A stretch of 63,968 nucleotides of DNA, filler included, from Catajapyx aquilonaris (taxonomy: Eukaryota), in the NCBI GenBank assembly GCA_000934665.2. It is 3 parts of 3 records of this genome, joined end to end, with 100 filler letters (N's around TTAATTAATTAA, not from the genome) between each part and the next. Parts side by side here need not be neighbours in the genome. Positions count along the whole stretch, not along the records: positions 1 to 21,361 come from KZ539471.1; 2 more parts are not named here. One strand, given 5' to 3'. A program made the position numbers and the translations under genes. Below, piece by piece: positions 1 through 11,396 of the stretch (within the stretch, counting starts at the first letter, position 1; every line of letters begins with the position of its first letter). Below the pieces are notes generated by a model, which did no database searches, was not told the origin of the DNA, and saw only the letters and a list, made by a program, of their open reading frames with translations.

Positions 1-129
1 AAAATTTCTGGATCCGCCACCGGCGGATACATGCCTATTTTTCAGCGATAGTATGTAAAAGTGCGGGGTCTCCAGATACGAAAGCGTAGCCTGCAGTTCC
101 TTGTTACTATCATACCAATTATCCTCTAG

Positions 130-326
130 GTCTGAAACTGGTGAACCTAAAAATTCCCGAGTGGGTTGAAGTCGGAGGTGAGGCCATACTTCGCTGCCAC
201 TTTGACCTGGAAGGTGACCATCTCTACGCAGTCAAGTGGTATAAGGACAACGAGGAATTCTATCGGTTTGTCCCAAGATACAACCCACCAGGCCACAGCT
301 ACAGAATCGAGGGCCTCAAGTTGGAC
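130..326 (+). CDS. beat: Beat-family Ig protein, internal exon (first part of Ig domain 1); 5' exon(s) lie upstream of the window
   Basis: Acceptor ctctag at 124-129 and donor gtacgt at 327. Translation (G)LKLVNLKIPEWVEVGGEAILRCHFDLEGDHLYAVKWYKDNEEFYRFVP contains the Beat signature LYxVKWYKxxxEFYRFVP. Confidence 0.93.
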
Positions 327-1604
327 GTACGTATCGAATCCTCTACCCTTCCATCATCCATCAACGTTGTTTCATGATCAGTTAATAATCTTGTCAAAGT
401 AGGTAGCGACATGTCCGGGTCAACCCGTCCATTTGCGTCGTCATCTCAGGGAAAAGGCTGAGCTCATAAAGACGCGGCCCTTCTTAAGCCTCGTAAAATA
501 AAGTGTGGGCTCGAAAGCAAAAGAGGAGCACTTGGGCAGGAGAGCTGTCATCTGGGGATCCTCCAGATTCCTCCACCTGCTTCTCCCAATATCATCCCAG
601 AGCCTCGTAAAAAAAATATTCCCTGGTCCCTCCCCGAACACCAAAGACTAATATTACATCATCCCTGCCGCAGCCATCTCCCAAAAGTTGAAGGGGTTTA
701 TTTTGGGACGCAGGGTGCAGCCGGTTTCCTTAACCCCTTCCCTTTTTCTCCGCCTTCTTCACATCTTTTTTTTTTTTATATTTTATTTTTTGCCTCAGCA
801 TCCATCCCACTCTTCTGGTCCGCAGAGATAGATGCAGTCTTTTCCAGTACAATGCATGCGGGTCGAATGCCCAATTTTCCCGAAGGATGCATCCCCTTGG
901 CTGTACAGCTGCATCCCCGAAAGGCCCAGGCGAACAAGTCTTCTTATTCACTCTCCTCACGCGTCACTTGGCCCCACACCAGAAAATGGAGGCCCCTCTG
1001 CCTCCCTTGCCTAGGACTGCCTAGCACAACTACTGACGCCAGGGCGCCACAAATTTCAGTTATTTCCTCGACACCCGATCAACTTGTCCCGTTTTTTTTC
1101 CTTTTTACTTAAGTCGCTGAGTTTACCTGCGGGCCATGAAACAAGTTTCTAGGGTCTTCTACATGCACATTTAACAACTTTTGCGGGTAAGCTGGAATGT
1201 TACGACGGCTAAGGCCATCTAGCGTATCCGGTGGGAAAAACTGAAGGGTGACCTCTTCGATCTGGAATGTTGGCATAATGCGACAGTTTACTTTTTGAGT
1301 GTGATGTAAAACTCAAAAGAGGCTGTTTCTGGTCCGTCCTATTAGCCTGCTATTAGTGGGCTCCTCCCATAAGCTTCCTTATGGCAGAAAGTCCACTAAT
1401 AGAAGGCACACGTTGAACTTTATTTTGCATCCCTAGCACTGCATAATTACTGAATAAATTATAATGGTGTTATGCAATAATGTGTCAACCCAGCACAAAA
1501 AATGTCAAAATTTAGTTAAGCCCAGGAACATAATTATACCCAAAGGATCGTAGTTCATTCTGTTAAAATCAAGCTGGCGAAATCTGTATACTTCTACCAT
1601 AAAT

Positions 1605-2287
1605 GAAGGGTCTGAGATCAAAAACAGCCAAAACCAAGTTGGTGGGTATAACACAAATATGTGCCGCAATTATGTGTTTTAATGTCATTGGGTGTTAACT
1701 GCATATTTGCGTACAGTGCTGGACAAATTAGCCGTCACTGAATGTTTTTTTCCCGTCGGCGACGGCGCTGCGTTACCTGGCAACCCTGTCCGGCGGGCCA
1801 ATTCAAACATCAGCCCATGGAGAGCGCTTCCATTGTTGCCACTGTTTACAAATCGAGTGAGTGACCCCAAAATGACTTATTGCTTCTAACATCATTATTT
1901 TCTCCGTTTTCTCCTGCATATCCCTGCAGATACTGTGTAAGCAGGCAGAAGAGACCCGTCGCTGGGTCGTCCGCGTCACTCACTCGATTTGTAAACAGTG
2001 GCAACAATGGAAGCGCTCTCCATGGGCTGATGTTTGAATTGGCCCGCCAGACAGGGTTGCCAGGTAACGCGGCCGCCGCCGCCGCAGCAGGAAAAAAACA
2101 TTCAGCGACGGCTAATTTGTCCAGCACTGTATATTTGATACCGTAATATAGCAGAGATTGGCAGAGCACCCTGCCGAAGGTGAGGGCCTGTCGTCTCCAA
2201 CTTTATGCTCGCGGGTGTACCAGTTTTTGCTCATTTTACGACCAGTATTTTCAAGCGGACTTGGCTGTTTTTGATCTCAGACCCCTC
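1605..2287. mobile_element. Mariner-like MITE (middle layer of the nest)
   Basis: Terminal inverted repeats gaagggtctgagatcaaaaacagccaa and ttggctgtttttgatctcagacccctc. Confidence 0.75.
1714..2129. mobile_element. Tc1/mariner-type MITE with ~150-bp TIRs (innermost layer)
   Basis: TA|CAGTGCTGGACAAATTAGCC...GGCTAATTTGTCCAGCACTG|TA. Near-identical partial copies lie at ~42723-42837 and 63792-63968. Confidence 0.92.
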
Positions 2288-3363
2288 AAATGATCTAAAT
2301 GAATTTAATTTCACAGGTGTGACATTCAAAGCCCCTTTTCTCAAAACTGTGGGTTGACTCATTATTGCATAACACATTCTAATTTTGCCTGCGAACTTAT
2401 TTTATGACAGCCAACTTTTAGCTTCCTTAAAAAAAAATGATAATAGTAAAAGAATCTGGTCCGCTCAAAAACCAATTCGTCCCATATATCTTGTTAAGTA
2501 CCCCCATCGCTTTAATATTACAGCTGACAGCCGTTTAAATATGGCCAGTTCAACGCACCAAACTTCAGCAAGTTGGGATAATTCTGAATCGAGCTGGTTG
2601 GTGAGAAGAAAAAGAAATGTGAATTGCAGACTTTACAGCATCATAACGGTTAGGAATAATACGTTCAGGGCGAGAGTTAGTTTTGTGCATGAAAGGTGAT
2701 TATGAGCTGAAACGCTCGTATCTCCGAAATCCCAGTCAGCCACAAAAGGAAGCCTGTAGTTGGTGAGGGGAAGGAGAGGTGGGAGGTTGCTAGCAAGCAT
2801 ACTTTTAATGGCGAGCTAATAACTGCCCTAACGACTGGCTTTGCGATCCGTCCTCTCAGGCCAAACTTGCCAAACAACGTCCCTCAAAAGTTTCGGGAGT
2901 AGGTGGGTGGTTGCAACGAGAGGCGAATATATCCGCAGCTGCTACCCGGCAACCTATTGCAGGCTTTTACGGCTCCAACTTAACCGTCCTAGGCAACCCT
3001 TCACCTACCGAAAAACTAGACCATATCCTGGTAACACCACTGGCGCCAAATTTCAAACTTGCAAAAACACTGCATTCAATTTGCGCATAATGGATGGCGA
3101 ATCAGTACTTTTTTTTGCTGTTGGGGGGGGGGGGGNNNNNNNNNNNNNNNNNNNNNNNNNNNNNNNNNNNNNNNNNNNNNNNNNNNNNNNNNNNNNNCTG
3201 GGGTCGTGTAGGGAAGGTTGGGAGGGGGGGGGGGTGAGACGAGATGGGAATAATTTCTCCCTAGGGTGCGATGGGAAAAGAGGTCCGATAAGTCTTGGCG
3301 GATGTTCCCGTGAATCTTGTTCCGATTTGCCCATTTCTCTACCTATGCCGGTGCATCAAGCAG

Positions 3364-3499
3364 TACTCGCAGACTGGGGAGCAGGAAGTGGCCCTGAGAC
3401 AGGTCAGCCTCAAATCCAGTGGAAACTACCGATGTGAGGTCTCGGCCGAAGCACCATCCTTCGCTTCGGTGCAAGGAGAGGCCACACTCAATGTCATTC
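3364..3499 (+). CDS. beat: Beat exon (second part of Ig domain 1)
   Basis: Acceptor cag at 3361-3363 and donor gtgagt at 3500. YSQTGEQEVALRQVSLKSSGNYRCEVSAEAPSF contains the Beat GxYxCEVSxEAPxF motif. Phase 0 in, phase 1 out, matching its neighbours. Confidence 0.92.
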
Positions 3500-3705
3500 G
3501 TGAGTATCCCTTCTATTGTCGTGTGAACTCAAAATTTAATTTCCCCATAAGAATAAGTGTGTCTGTTGCTATTCCGACAAGATATTTATATTCGACGGTT
3601 CCGTCAGAGTTCGACCGATGTAAACTCGCCCGACACAAACTCGCCCAGCTGCACATTCGGCCCGATGCGATGTGTAGAACTGATACCTGAAACATAACGT
3701 ACGGC

Positions 3706-3895
3706 CAGTGACGTAGCCAGGATTCAAGTTCGGGGGGGGGGGGNNNNNNNNNNNNNNNNNNNNNNNNNNNNNNNNNNNNNNNNNNNNNNNNNNNNNNNNN
3801 NNNNNNNNNNNNNNNNNNNNNNNNNNNNNNNNNNNNNNNNNNNNNNNNNNNNNNNNNCAGACCCCCCCCCCCCCCCCCCCCCGGATACGTCACTG
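3706..3895. mobile_element. Short hAT-type MITE with poly-G/poly-C interior (contains an N gap)
   Basis: TIRs CAGTGACGTA / TACGTCACTG and a perfect 8-bp TSD cgtacggc (3698-3705, 3896-3903). Confidence 0.88.
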
Positions 3896-4770
3896 CGTAC
3901 GGCAAATATGCATTGTGGGCGAGTTTGTATCGGGGGAATTGGTCTGATACCATACTCGACATTGAAGTCGAAAAAAACGGACTTCAGGGGTACCGTGGTT
4001 TAGCCTATCTGCCAGGATAGATGGTATCGAGTATTCCGGAGCATGGCAAGAAGAGGATGTCGAATTTCCAATCGACGCAGAGGGCGCCGGATGGAAGTCC
4101 ATGTACATCAGCCGATGACTTTGATTAGTAGTTACCGTAGTTTCCCCTTGAGAAGCTGTAATCAAACGGGTCTCCAGACGCGCTTCGCCTTTTCATTAGT
4201 CCCAGAGCATGCAGTCGTATAAATGCCTGCTTCGCTCTGTATGCGACTCCGTCGGCCTCTCAGCCCATTTCCCACTAAGCCTAATAGACACTTAGAAGAT
4301 TCTCTCCCCGGATTACCAACTGTTTTCCGCTCGTAGCTAAGGGGGTACTAGAAAAAAAAATAGAGGCACTTCTTTATCCTATAGAGAGGCAAATTCGAAG
4401 GAATACTGGTCCCCAGGATTCGCTTTAATCAGGTTCAAGGTTATTTATATGCAAATCGTTCGGTACTTCCACGCTACTTAATGAACACTCAATATAAATT
4501 TCGTTCTGACTATAACTATTTTTTAAAATGGATATCCGGACAATGTTGCACTTCTAGCAGTGCAATGGGCGTTCGATTTAAATGTTGGCTGGACTTCAAG
4601 TAATATTAATCGTATTAATTGTTATATTAACTGTGGTGTTGGACCAGACAAGCAGTGTCAATGTAACAACTATCCTATTGTTTTTCCCCAGGAGAGCATT
4701 CTGTTGGCCAAAAACTCCACAACTGATTACAAAACCTGGAATGATGCTGCGACAAATCATCTCGTTTCAG

Positions 4771-4919
4771 AACTGCCATTACACGGGCCTCGAATATCTG
4801 GTAACTACTCCATTGAAAGCCCCCCACTCTACCACGTGGGTGACTTGGTCAACCTAAACTGCACGTCCGGAAGATCCATTCCAGCTGCCAATCTCACATG
4901 GTACATCAACGACCGTGAG
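4771..4919 (+). CDS. beat: Beat exon (start of Ig domain 2)
   Basis: Acceptor tttcag and donor gtaaaa at 4920. LPLHGPRISG...YHVGDLVNLNCTSGRSIPAANLTWYIND is typical of Beat Ig2. Confidence 0.92.
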
Positions 4920-4962
4920 GTAAAACACTTAACTGCCATGTGCATGAAATATATAATGCGAG

Positions 4963-4965
<3 letters not shown>

Positions 4966-5029
<64 letters not shown>

Positions 5030-5375
5030 TATTATATTATAATAATCGGGGTAGTGCTTGACCTCTTTTAGAGGTATGTTGCACGGACCTTTATTTGTAC
5101 CGCTGTAGTACGATACATGCTGGAACCTTGAACGAATCGCCCTGGTCCAAGGGCAGGGTGACTGGGAGGAGATGTGCAAAGTGCAAGTGCAATGTCTGAA
5201 ATTAATGTGGTACATTTTGTGAACTCCCCCGGGTGGATTAGTCTGTCGGAGATTCCACCCGAGACGATGCCAGAGACGACCCAACTCTGCACGAGATGAA
5301 GGGGGGGAGACCCCGGGCTGGGATCGAACCTGGGACCCTTCCATCCGTTACCGCAGCGCCACTCCGCCTCCCCAA
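4966..5375 (-). mobile_element. tRNA-derived SINE, family B, with (TAT)n tail
   Basis: Head GGGGAGGCGGAGTGGCGCTGCGGTAAC...GGTTCGATCCC (A/B boxes) on the minus strand. The tail appears as (TAA)n at ~4963-5027. 13-bp TSD ataatgcgagtat at 4953-4965 and 5376-5388. Confidence 0.88.
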
Positions 5376-5412
5376 ATAATGCGAGTATTTACATTTGTGC
5401 ATTTCTCCACAG

Positions 5413-5752
5413 GCTCATCCAGAAGAACTGTTATTATATGACGATGACGATGGGGACATCCTCCGAAGTTCAACACTTGGTCTGAGCTTCAAGCTACAAA
5501 CTCGTCACTTCAAAAATGGTCGGGTGGAGCTGAAGTGTGTGGCAAGCATTCGTCTGGGTAATTCCTGGAGCAGCTCCAGCATACAAAAGGAACCACCTGG
5601 AGACCAGCCACAGGAATCCAAGCAAGATTCATGGCTCCCAGATTCCTTGGCCACTCAGCACCATGAGCATCACCAAAATCATGAGGAGCATCAGCAGAAG
5701 AACACCAGTGCTCCTCAGCCAAGAACCCAGAATATGGAGGCTCTCATCTTAG
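5413..5752 (+). CDS. beat: Beat exon (end of Ig2 plus Q/H/S-rich stalk)
   Basis: Acceptor ccacag and donor gtaata at 5753. STLGLSFKLQTRHFKNGRVELKCVASI matches the Beat LGLxF...HFxxGxxxLKCxAxI motif. Confidence 0.9.
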
Positions 5753-5821
5753 GTAATATATTCTGCAGCCTGTTGCATGTTCAGGTTGAAAATATACAGA
5801 TATCCCTTCTCTTTCCTACAG

Positions 5822-5916
5822 TAACAAGTGCAGTTCAGCCAACTACACAGGTTAACTGGGTGTCGAATGGACTATTGGTCTTGGTTGTGGCAGCAGTTAC
5901 TTCTCTCACATCCTGA
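5822..5916 (+). CDS. beat: Beat terminal exon with hydrophobic C-terminus (possible GPI-anchor signal)
   Basis: Acceptor cctacag at 5815-5821. Reads VTSAVQPTTQVNWVSNGLLVLVVAAVTSLTS, then TGA at 5914-5916. Confidence 0.78.
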
Positions 5917-6572
5917 CAACAGCATGATTCACTATGGCATCTGTGATACCAGCCATAAACAGGACATTCACATGAGATGTTTTTAAAAACTGTGTAGCGA
6001 TTCATGAACGCTCAAGATTTCAATCAGGAATTGCACTTGAATCAGAGAGCACCGCATATGGTTGGTTCCGAACTGGCGCTGTATACAGTATTCGTATCAC
6101 ATCAGGAATGATATTGCTTCATTAAATGTATCAAATGAAGTACTGCATGTGAACCCAATTGAAAGTACTGGCGATGGTAGTCCAATTTAAAGTAAGCACA
6201 CGATATACTTGTAAACTGATATTTGTGCAAGTACAACCTATGATAACATTCCACATGCATAAATCCAAAGAAAATCAGAGTAGGCAGTTTGCACTCCTTG
6301 TTCCACTCTCATATGCATTCAGATCCTGAGGGTTTAACAATGGGGGTTGTGCAAAAAATCTATTACGGGGATACAGGCTACATAAAGTTCACTTGGGCAA
6401 CATTAGCTTTGGTTGTTCAACAAGGCAACTAATGCCATGTCATAATTCACAAAAATTGGGTATCATATGACACAGTTGGCATGAATAAAATAATGTGCGT
6501 AATAATGCAGTAAAATATTACATTGATATAGTTTGCATTTCATTAGTCTTGTACTCCCAAGCACAAGCATCC

Positions 6573-6782
6573 CTGTAGGATGTCATTTTGCTGTATTATA
6601 CGCCCAAAAACGTTTTGTTCAATAGTATCCTGGCACTATATGACTATCAGCACTCTAGCAAGAGGAAGGTTTTATTATTTTCGTCAACTTTCTCCTTGTT
6701 AGAGTGCTGATGGTTGGACGGGGCCAAGGTTTTTCGTCCGAAACGTATGAGGTATAGTACATCATAAAAGGCATACACACAG
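6573..6782. mobile_element. Small degenerate palindromic MITE
   Basis: Degenerate inverted ends plus an internal hairpin atcagcactctagcaagagga / tccttgttagagtgctgat. Confidence 0.55.
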
Positions 6783-7162
6783 TATTTATGACTCTTTTCA
6801 TCATGCAAACACTCTTTGTGTATGAGAGGGGGCCTAGTAAATATTTTGTCTCATTTAGAGGCTTGACTCTATCAACTCAAACTAAGAGAAAACACCTGAT
6901 TATATGTATTGTGAATACCTTCATATTGTCATAGAATATCCCCTATATTTTGTGTTCATGAAATTGGCCCTAAGTTTATGGATTAATATATTATTACTGT
7001 CCATAATTACACATATGGAGTACAACAATTTAACAGTCATAGGTGAATGATATAGAAATATAATATTATTAGCTTAATACATCATCATAATTAAACAGCA
7101 GTTACAACAGCTTCATTCATGAATAAAAGTTTTGGTTATCACAGTCATATCCACAACTACTA

Positions 7163-8096
7163 CTTGCCCTGATCTAAAAATATTGGGACACCCCCAAAAA
7201 ATGGAGTGGTGGGGTTATACACAGGATGTGATAAAAAGTTTCCATTAAGATTATCTGGACTTTAGAATGGATAATTATGAATAGTAACAATTGAGCTAGG
7301 AGGATACCAAATTTGAAGTTCATTTGACAGTTAACAACTGAAATAAATACGATTATACCTTGGACAGTGAATTTCTGTGGGGTCTGGTAAAAATTGCTGC
7401 CACTCTGTTTATTTCTTACTTAGCGGGATGTAAATGTTGATAATGAACCTGAGGGGCCGCACAAACCCAAAAACAGTTATGACATTAATTACAAAAAATC
7501 TAGCACAAAATTAAAAAATATTTATCGCAAGTGAATTTTTTCAGAAATTGATACACTTGGCTGTACCACATTTAACGGTGTTATTTATTAATAAATTAAA
7601 ATGTGATAGTATTGTTTATCTAGAACTCAGTCCAATGTGCTATGATAAAAAATTTCATTGCAATTACAGTAAAATGGCTTTAAATATTCCTTAATTCAAA
7701 AATGCACAGAAAATGGCATATCTGCAAGCCATGATAAATATTTTTTTATTTTATGCTAGATTTTTTGTAATTAATGTCATAACTGTTTTTGTGTTTGTGC
7801 GGCCCCTCAGGTTCATTATCAACATTTACATCCCGCTAAGTAAGAAATTAACATAGTGGCAGCAATTTTTACCAGACCCCACAGAAATTCACTGTCCAAG
7901 GTATAATCGTATTTATTTCAGTTGTTAACTGTCAAATGAACTTCAAATTTGGTATCCTCCTAGCTCAACTGTTACTATTCATAATTATCCATTCTAAAGT
8001 CCAGATAATCTTAAAGGAAACTTTTTATCACATCCTGTGTATAACCCCACCACTCCATTTTTTGGGGGTGTCCCAATATTTTCAGATCAGAGCAAG
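7163..8096. mobile_element. Foldback MITE with ~350-bp TIRs (Tc1-like)
   Basis: TA|CTTGCCCTGATCT...AGATCAGAGCAAG|TA. 7163-~7515 is a near-perfect inverse of ~7745-8096. Confidence 0.92.
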
Positions 8097-9936
8097 TATT
8101 TCTTTCATAAGCCATGCCATATTCAAATCAGAGAAAACCACTAAACATTTCGTTCCCAAAGATTGATAGTCACCAGTAGCATCTTGAATCCAGATCGTAA
8201 CACGTTTTTGTGTTATGTCTTAATAATAAGGACATGCGTGCAGAATTATTGATAAACATTCAAACTTTTCGAAGGGGTGCATGGCAGATCAACCTTTCTC
8301 CAAAAAAATCTGACTTTCTGTATTTCATCATCTGGATCAATAAAATGATCTTAATTGATTTAATTAATGATTGAGCTTAATGAATAGTATTGATGCCACA
8401 ATGGCCACTAATTTCTACAATGGAGCTGGCAATTTAAAGGGCCATGATGTTAATACTGTTCGCTGCCTAAATGAACTGCAGAACTAAGAAGCGGATATCT
8501 TGTGTTATAACATTGCTAACTTACCAACGTTTTACAATTCTCTTATTGAAAGTTGAGATTTTTTTTGCTATCCACCCCTCCATTTGTAAAAAAAAAAAGA
8601 AGTAAACATTCACGAATATAGCTGTTCTGAATGTACGAGAACGTATGAGGAAAAAGCTGTCAGATCTGGAAATCTACTTCTGGTGCCTGTACACATCTGT
8701 AAAATTAATGATCTTAATTCAAAACAAACCATCATCGTAAGATGTTTACACAGTCATGTCATGGCAAAGTGATTAGAAGCTGGAATCTGACCAGTGTGTA
8801 GTAGAAAACATTAATATTGTTCTGAGTGGTTCTCATTTTTTGTGAAGTGAACTGAATAGCAGCATGTCAAAAACACTTTGTTAGTAGAATAAGAGTTGGA
8901 TTTTAAAATACTCATGCCAATCGGAACCATAGGTAAATACCAAAGGTGTTGATTCTTGTGAAATTGAAACGAATCAAATTTGGGACATAACATTCCGTTG
9001 CCCAACGGACCCAAATTGAGAATGAAGTGTTTCGATGCAATCCCTGATTTCAATCCTTTCTGCTTTTATTATTTGGTGTACAGTTAACTTGTTTCCTTTC
9101 TCTAGGGCTATGTAGACAGCTTCAGTGCTCAACGGACACTTGTGCCTCATACTCACACTGTAGTTCATTCCTCAAGCGTAGGCTGGAATTCTTGTAGCTG
9201 TCAGCAAGACTAGTGATGTGTTCAGTGTATGCTAATAAATTTCACAAAGCTTCTGAAAAAAATGCTATTAAGTATATTCAGTATATATGGAGTCTTGATT
9301 TTCAGAATGATCAGTCACATTTTGGTTGAAATTGCTTTATGCACTGAATAATACAATCCTCAATATGGGTATACTTGTGGAGAGATGGTCAAGTAAGTTT
9401 CTGCACGTTTCTGCTAGAACTGCATCCCCCTACATTAATGTTTCAAACAATTGGAAACCATATAAGGGATGGCGCAATCCTCATATTTCCAACCCTTATA
9501 TTTCGAAATCATTCCAACATGATTGATCATTCTGCAGTTCAGGTCTTCATAATAATTATTTTTTTAAACTGATCAATTATTCAGTAAGATCTCTGTAAAT
9601 CCGATATGACTTTTAAGTGACAGTCTGCAAATATATATCCATTTTTTTTAACCAACTTGTTCTCAGTGAATGTGATGGCAGTCATATCTCGAAAATTGTA
9701 TTTTTGGACTTGGGCCACTTTTGTTCTATAAGCGCCTCATTTATTTCAACTGTGCAGGTTTTAACTACTGTGTGAGGCAATGTTTATCGTTAACATATTT
9801 GAATAAGATTATCAGGTAGTTTCAATAGGAAAGTTTGTATTATTAAAATGAAATACTGAGTGATATAGATGCACCATAATTGCAATCAACCAGACAGACT
9901 CCTATTTGAGGCACTGAAAAATAATCCCATCTTATT

Positions 9937-10068
9937 CGCTGGATGTAAAGGTAGGCTTCCTTATAGAGTTATGTGCTTTAAATATTCCAAACTTCTCTAA
10001 CTCGAATCTTCTATAACTCGAAGTTTTTTCCCGGTCCCATGGAGATTCGACATATAGAAGTTTTACTG
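9937..10068 (-). mobile_element. Truncated copy of the pogo/Tigger-like MITE at 24377
   Basis: Reverse complement matches 24377-24510 and ends in ...gaagttttactg|ta. Confidence 0.8.
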
Positions 10069-10117
10069 TATTTCCCCATATGGAGAGGAAGAAGTTCGTT
10101 CCGCTAAAGGTAATTAA

Positions 10118-11123
10118 TAGAGAACTGATTTCTAGGTTCGAAAAAAAACCCTCAAATAGGTAGGCATTTAGGCCCTGAAAACAGTCAAAATAGGCTCTTA
10201 AATAGGCACTATAAATCAAGCTGGTTCTAATTTATTTTAATTTATACACATATTTACAGCCTACTCCTGGCCATGGAATTTAGCAACACAGTAACGAACT
10301 AGCAGTTATTCTATATTTTCGTTTGTTAGTCGCAGTTATTCGGTGACAGTTAAGATCCTCCCTCACGGGGAGCCAATATGGCCGATAGAGGGGAGGTGTG
10401 GTGGCCGTGATGGTAACGTCACGGCTTGCTGAGTGAAAGGCCCCAGGTTCGATCCCCGCCTGGGGAACTTTCCTTTCACCTGCGTCAGGAGGGTCTCTGA
10501 CCTGCACCAAGAGGTGTCTGGCAACCTAACCTCCTGGGGGACAGCACATGACCCAGTTGTTGACATTGCACTTGCACCTATGTTCCCTCCCCAATAAATC
10601 CCTATCCTTACCCCATGTCCTTTCGTCCTTGCACCGGAGTTGGAAGAAAAATATAGAAAATCGAACGAAAAATGGTGGTGTCCCACTCCCCTATAAGGGC
10701 CTATGGCCCTATAACGGGGTATATATTTTAAAAAAATATGGCCGATAGAAAAGCCGTCGGGCCGAATGTAGCAACTTATTTAACGGCTATTAATAACAGT
10801 TATTTCGAGTCGCAATAACAGTTAACATCATATATATTACCCGGGATCTTACCCATCAACCGCTTCTTCGCTCGTCACAGGTTGAAGTGGGAGGGATTCC
10901 TTGAACGGAAAACCTGCAGAACTCTCGAAAATCTTACCGAACGGCGTGAAAAGGTCGAAATAGGCACTAATAGGTTCTAATAGGCCATTTAGGTCGCAAC
11001 ACCCGAAACAGGCATTTTTAGGTTCTATAAAACTACGATTTTTGAGGTCCTTGTGTTATGAAACGGATAAATATTTTGCCTACAAAAGAAAAAGTAGGTA
11101 AAAACCTAGAAATCCTTTCTCTA
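10118..11123. mobile_element. hAT-like non-autonomous element carrying a SINE
   Basis: TIRs TAGAGAActGATTTCTAGGTT / AACCTAGAAATCcttTCTCTA and 8-bp TSD gtaattaa / ataattaa. Confidence 0.7.
10390..10734 (+). mobile_element. tRNA-derived SINE, family A, full length
   Basis: Head GGGGGAGGTGTGGTGGCCGTGATGG...GGTTCGATCCCC, A-rich tail and 15-bp TSD aatatggccgataga (10375-10389, 10735-10749). Confidence 0.88.
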
Positions 11124-11396
11124 ATAATTAAATATAAACGTATTTACAGCATTTACACATTGTGATAGACTGATCCGATTGATATTATGTTACTTTTGAC
11201 CAGGGATGAAAGCAGTTAGCTTCAAAAAATATATTATTCTTAACGTTGATGTAAGTATTTCTTGATTCTTGAGCACTTACTTTTACATAGGGCGTTATGG
11301 CTAAGCCTCACATATGTAATAATTACTGCATCGGACTATTAACAAATGCGATAATAATTAGAGAAGTGGCTGTTATTTGCATTTATTTGCATGTAA

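Larger units (their letters stand above)
1467..2375. mobile_element. Outermost of three nested MITEs
   Basis: gtgttatgcaataatgtgtcaaccc (1467-1491) is the inverse of gggttgactcattattgcataacac (2351-2375), with one mismatch. Confidence 0.7.
6200..9170 (-). pseudogene. Probable decayed viral/retroelement envelope glycoprotein (chuvirus G / gB-like class III fusogen), interrupted by MITEs
   Basis: Frameshifted, stop-ridden minus-strand fragments in order: IEIRDCIE..ILNLGPLGNGMLCP; HFIDPDDEIQKVRFFWRKVDLPCTPSKSLNVYQ; NFMNTKY..QYEGIHNTYNQVF; GMLVLGSTRLMKCKLYQ..ANCVI*YPIFVNY..ELYVACIP. The Cys/Trp spacing resembles this family as remembered and has not been verified by search. Confidence 0.4.

Noticed and set aside
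1685..2169. Mirror-image ORFs on both strands
   Set aside because: A consequence of the MITE's inverted repeats.
4829..5344. Poly-Tyr ORF, and poly-Ile/Tyr/Leu ORFs at 50889-51273 and 45748-45942
   Set aside because: These are translations of (TAT/TTA)n microsatellites and SINE tails.
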